DNA of 64,000 nucleotides from Elsinoe ampelina (Eukaryota): NCBI GenBank assembly GCA_010093995.1, contig ML992521.1, positions 62,001 to 126,000 of the forward strand, read 5' to 3'. Shown piece by piece: positions 59,056 to 64,000 of this stretch (position 1 is its first letter; each line of letters starts with the position of its first letter). The notes under the pieces were generated by a model. It saw only the letters and a program-made list of their open reading frames with translations, ran no database searches and was not told where the DNA came from. The position numbers and the translations under genes were made by a program.

Positions 59056-61660
59056 ATGGCTTCCAGAATCTTTGTCACTGGCTTGCCGCCCTCATTGACG
59101 CCAAACGAGTTCAAGAAGCATTTTTCCAGTCAAGGATCCGTCACAGATACGAAACTTTTCCCGGATAGACGTATAGGATATGTGGGGTACAGCTCTGCAC
59201 AGGAGGCTGAGAAAGCAGTCAAATACTTCAACCGATCCTTTATTCGAATGTCTAAACTGGCCGTAGAGCTTGCACGACCGATCACGGCGAGAGAAACACG
59301 AACTCCACAGGTGCAGAATGTACCACAGCAATCTACCGGGCAGGCAGAGAAGACTTTGAAGAGGAAGAGAGGGTCAGACACCAAACCGGAGGACCCGAAA
59401 TTGAAGGAGTACCTCGAATTGATGCAGAAAGGCCCGAAGACGCGGACCTCTGCTATTACTGACGAGCAACCGAGCGCTGCTATCGTACCAATAGCAAATG
59501 ACCTTAGCGAAGACGATGTCCAAGTCATATCACGATCAAAAAAGGCACGACCTACGGAGGAGACTCTACCAGAAGGGGCTCCTGCTGCCACAAATCACGA
59601 CAAGGAGACGCAAGACGAGGAAGCGGCTGGCCACGGCAACCAGAGTGCACTCCTCCCCGCCGCGTCGACTGATGCGGACTGGCTAAGATCCCGCACGAAT
59701 CGCGTACTGGATTTACAGCAAGCTCAAATGGAGGACAGCGAGCAAGTCCAATCTGGGGATGCTGAACCTACCCTCGAGCCCCTGGCGACAGAAGGGGAAA
59801 TACCCGAGGCGTTGAGGGGCGGCGTTGAGGCAGATCAGGTTGGTGACCAGGAAAGCGAACCTCGAGGCGAAATAGAGGTCAAGATACGCGATTCGAGTAG
59901 GCTGTATGTTCGAAACTTGTCATACAGCACAACAGAAGAGGATCTTCGAGACCTTTTCGGAGCCCATGGCGAGCTTGCAGAGGTCAGTCTTTTTCTATGC
60001 CCGTCAAAACCCCTTCAACAACAAGATGAACATCCGATAGGGACAACCGATTCAATTTTGAGGATAACGGGAAAGAGAATATTTTAGTAGATGCTTCTCC
60101 CAAGACTGACCAATCTCATGCAATCTCATGCTTTTCGAATGATCAAATGAGACACATGCTGATCGTTAGTAGGTTCATCTTGCCATCGACAAGAAGACTA
60201 GCAGACCCAAAGGCTTCGCTTTCATCCAATTTGAGACTGCCGACGCCGCGGTTGATGCATGGAAGGAACATGATGGTACTCCATTGAATGGACGTTTACT
60301 GCACATTCTCCCTGGGTCGACGAAAAGGGAGACCAAGCTCGATGAATTTGCCCTGTCGAAACTCCCGCACAAGAAACAAGAACAAATCAAAAAACGTCGC
60401 GAAGCAGCTACCAAAACTTTCAACTGGAATTCCCTTTACATGAACCAGGACGCAGTAATCTCGTCTGTGGCGGATCGGCTTGGAGTGGACAAGAGCACCT
60501 TGCTCGATCCCACATCTTCGGACGCGGCTGTCAAACAGGCCCACGCTGAAACTCACGTCATTCAGGAGACCAAATCATACTTCAAGTCGCACGGTGTCAA
60601 TCTTGACTCCTTCAGTAGGAAGAAACGCGGGGAGACTACAATCCTCGTCAAGAACTTCCCTTACGACGCCAAAGCTAGCGAGCTCAAGACCATGTTCGAG
60701 CAGCATGGCAACCTGAAGCGATTCCTTATGCCTCCCAGTGGCACCATCGCCATCATCGAATTCGAGAACTCTGCTCAGGCCAAGTCTGCTTTCAAAACCT
60801 TGGCTTATTCACGAATCAAGAGCTCCATGCTGTATCTCGAGTTCGCTCCAGAGGAGCTATTTGAAGGTGGCATGGTGGAAGAATCGACACCTCATGCTAC
60901 CGAGAATGGCATCTCAAAGCCTACCGCGACTGATCTGCTCCAAACGGCCGACATTCCGGACAACACTCCTACGGCAACCTTGTTCGTCCGCAATCTCAAT
61001 TTCTCCACTACGACGAATCGATTGGACGAAGTTTTTCGCCCCCTGGACGGATTCTTATCTGCGCGAGTCAAAACCAAGACAGATCCCAAGAAGCCAGGCC
61101 AGACTCTCAGCATGGGATTCGGTTTCCTCGAATTCAGGACCAAGACTCAGGCTCAAAAGGCACTATTCGCAATGGATGGCTATAAGCTTGATGGCCACAG
61201 CATACAAATCAGAGCGTCACATAAAGGTCAGGATGCTGCCGAGGAGCGACGACGAGCAGAGAAGGCGAAGAAGACGGCAGGCAAGTCTTCGAAGTTGGTC
61301 ATCAAGAATTTGCCGTTCGAGGCCACCAAGAAGGATGTTCGATCTCTCTTTGGTGCCTACGGTCAACTGCGATCAGTTCGTGTGCCGAAGAAGATCGGCC
61401 AGTCTACCCGTGGTTTCGCGTTTGCGGAGTTCACCACACCAAAGGAGGCCGAGAATGCTCGAGATGCTCTTCAAAATACTCATCTTCTCGGTCGTCGTCT
61501 CGTTATCGCCTATGCTGCCGAAGATCCAGAAGATGCCGAAGAAGAAATTGAGAAGATGCAGAACAAGGTCGGCTCGCAACTGAACAAAGTTGCTGTCCAG
61601 AATCTTCTGGGCGATGGTCGCCATAAATTCAAGATCAATGATCAGGGAGCGGAGGAGTAG
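59056..61660 (+). CDS. MRD1: Multiple RNA-binding domain protein 1 (five RRMs, pre-rRNA processing)
   Basis: MASRIFVTGLP..RRIGYVGY, RLYVRNL, FNWNSLYMN, AHAETHVIQET, SMGFGFLEF, RGFAFAEF, HLLGRRLV; intron 59983-60172. Confidence 0.95.
60020..60112 (+). ncRNA. Intronic box C/D snoRNA, snR64/SNORD74-like (guide for 25S rRNA Cm2337, yeast numbering)
   Basis: Box C AAGATGA (60023-29), guide GATAGGGACA (60036-45) complementary to 25S UGUCCCUAUC, D' CCGA (60047-50), C' TGAGGA (60059-64), element TTTTAGTAGA, box D CTGA (60106-09). Confidence 0.8.
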
Positions 61661-62171
61661 CCTGCTGGTGGAGGTGAGCCCCTTGCATCATGCTCTTGAT
61701 TCGCCTCAAGGACAATCATCAAAATCGCATTCCGATCACGAATTACACAGTTACAGAACGTGTTCGCGACTGTCCGCATTCTTGGAGTTGCTGCAGTAAC
61801 AATTTGTCTGGTTGGTAGATCTAGCTCTTTCGAGACCTTCACCCCTTGGACTTCTTTGGTAAGATGAGTACACCATCATGCACAGCCGCCAAGACGAAAC
61901 GTCACAGCACCCTTGCCGTGGGGAAATGAGAAAGTGCTAGATAGTCCTACTATCGAGCTCTTCACGGCGGAGATTGTCACCGGCTCTGAAGATGTGTTGG
62001 CGGGAGTGTGATAGGTAGGGCTTTCCTAAATCATGACTGACCTATTCTCCCTATACGGCCCTCTTATACTGTCACAACCCATCTTTTTCCCATTCCTCTA
62101 CCATTGAACTGCGTTCCAAGCTCCATTGTTCGAGAGCTCAGCATTCTTCACCTCGTTCTCCATCAGTAGTC

Positions 62172-64000
62172 ATGACACAAATTTACGACAACCTCAGCCA
62201 TCTACCAAAAGTTCCAACAGTGCCTTCCAGCAATACCTTGTCAATCAAACCAGAGACCTCAGCATTTGATACCGACTGGTCGTCATACTCAAGCACCAAC
62301 TCGTCTTTCCATGGGCAAGCATTGCTCGACTTTGCCCAACATGGCCCTCAAGCATATCGACCACGAGAGCCGTTACATCCACCGATTGCAGACATCCGAC
62401 GAAAGCAGCTCATGAGATGCACACGACTGACCGATGAAGAATACAATGCCCGAGCAAGCAATTTATTCAGAGACTTCTTAGGATGCCCGGGCTTTCTCAA
62501 CTACCGAACGAGGAGGAAGAAGAGGAAGGAAGACTCTGTTTGGCCTGACTACCTGGAATTTGCATTCTTTACAGTAGGGCTCTCAGGTCATATCTCATAG
62601 CCGACACTGAACATCCCAGGCACTCGTGCGATATCCGCCTTGTGGTCGGACTCAATTTTCACATCCCGACATCAATGGTGGGAAGAAGATGGTATGTCGA
62701 CCTTGACTGTGATGCCAAGTGATCGTTTCTGATGTACGAAGGGCCGAAACGAGCTTATAGGTCACTACATCAAGGTCACGACTGGAGTAGAGAGGCACAG
62801 GAAGCAGGTGTCGAGTCATCTACAGGTCATTCGACCCTACGTGGTGGATAAGCCAGCATGTATGACCGCCTCGCATGACCAACGAGTATCTTTACTAACG
62901 ATGACAGTACTTGGCTCTCTCATCTCTCAAAAGGACCTGCCAAGTTGGAATAAAGCTCAACAGCTGAAAGGCCGTCCAATCGGGGTGCTCACCAACCAGC
63001 GTATCAGCTCACACGTAGAGCCAATCGTCGGCTCCCTCGCAGACTTTGGTACTCAGATGCACGGCTTGACCTTCGAAGACAATCGCTCCGAAGGTTTGGC
63101 CCTCTGCGACTTCCAAATGTCTCTCTGCCCCGAGACAAACCCCACCGCCCTCCTTCACACCTACACCTGCACCAACGCCGACAGCCGCCTCCCCGACGTC
63201 AAAATCGAAAACTACCGCACCGCCTACGAGCTCTTCCCCGAGCTCTTCCAAAACCGCTTTCCCCGCCCCATCGGCTCCTCGATCCTCGCAATCGAAGCCT
63301 CCTTCTCCCTCCCACGCCTCCTCAAAACCCCTTCCGGCACCGAACTCGTCATCTACCTGCACCTCATCGGACCCTCCCTCCCCCACCCCGCCGTCGTCGA
63401 GACCACCACCACCTTCTGCCTCGGCCCTCACGTATCCGAATTCAACCGCAGCTTCGAAGGCAAACTCGTCCCCCACCCGTCCTGCCCCCCCGGCTCCTCC
63501 GTCTACCAAATCCCCTTCCACTCCAAACACTGGGCCACGCACCTCTCGCGTCTCGGACAGATCCACTCGCGCTCCCTCGACCCCTCCCGCCCTCCAACCC
63601 AAGCGGCTCAGATGCGCAAGAAAATCGACACCGAACTGCGCTCGCTCACCGCCCTGCAGCAAGTCACCATCTCCTCCCCTCAAGCGCGGGACGTGAAACA
63701 CAACGTCACGCTGAGGTGGCAGTTTCGCTTGTCCGCCAATAACGCCACCGGTGCGCCGGGCACGTTGAATTGGCGCCAGGTGGGCATCCCGCCGATCTTG
63801 ACGGAGCTGCCGAGTCCCAGCGAGGAAGGGGGCGCGGGGAGTTTTTCTAGTGGCGAGGGGAGGGGGAGTGAGCCTGCTACGCCCCCGGCAGGGGGGGAGG
63901 TGATGGTTGCGGCAGGAGGAGGGGCAGGGGCAGGGGCGTTGAGGAGTCCGATTGCGTTGAGGGGTGAGGGGTGGGGGGATGTGGGTAAGCAGGAGGTGGC
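62172..64000 (+). CDS. TEA/ATTS-domain transcription factor (divergent AbaA/Tec1-like), truncated at window end
   Basis: Introns 62574-62619, 62692-62741 and 62860-62907 give VWPDYLEFAFFTALVRYPPCGR..GRNELIGHYIKVTTGVERHRKQVSSHLQVIR; frame stays open to the window end. Confidence 0.85.

Noticed and set aside
60111..60130. Direct duplication CAATCTCATG x2 (also GCCAGT x3 near 1925 and CTTGTGAAG x2 near 22191)
   Set aside because: Simple slippage duplications with no associated terminal repeats or transposase.

Overview
Eukaryotic, intron-rich genomic DNA from a filamentous ascomycete. Gene set and short GT-AG introns with CTRAC branch sites point to Pezizomycotina; Dothideomycetes is my inference only. 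I can support about 28 protein-coding loci. Housekeeping: mRNA guanylyltransferase, PDS5, CSN6, WSC sensor, ATG33, DUS1, UBX protein, PAN3, Rtc3-like, RhoGEF, PP4R2, dynein light chain, MRD1 and a TEA-domain factor running off the right end. A metal-homeostasis neighbourhood holds a COG0523 chaperone with ZafA-like sites and a divergent FET3/FTR1 pair with three SreA-type sites. Several orphan or secreted proteins are also present. Best hidden items missing from the ORF track: (1) a 3-exon gene at 54216-54518 for a 67-aa pre-pro-peptide with a 33-aa, 8-Cys mature part; (2) an snR64/SNORD74-like C/D snoRNA in the MRD1 intron, whose 3' splice site is a TAGTAG tandem acceptor that could add an in-frame stop; (3) repeated sharp C-rich to G-rich skew inversions of constant polarity, independent of gene strand. 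I saw no tRNA, rRNA, CRISPR or transposon. Exon boundaries were read by eye and need RNA-seq confirmation.
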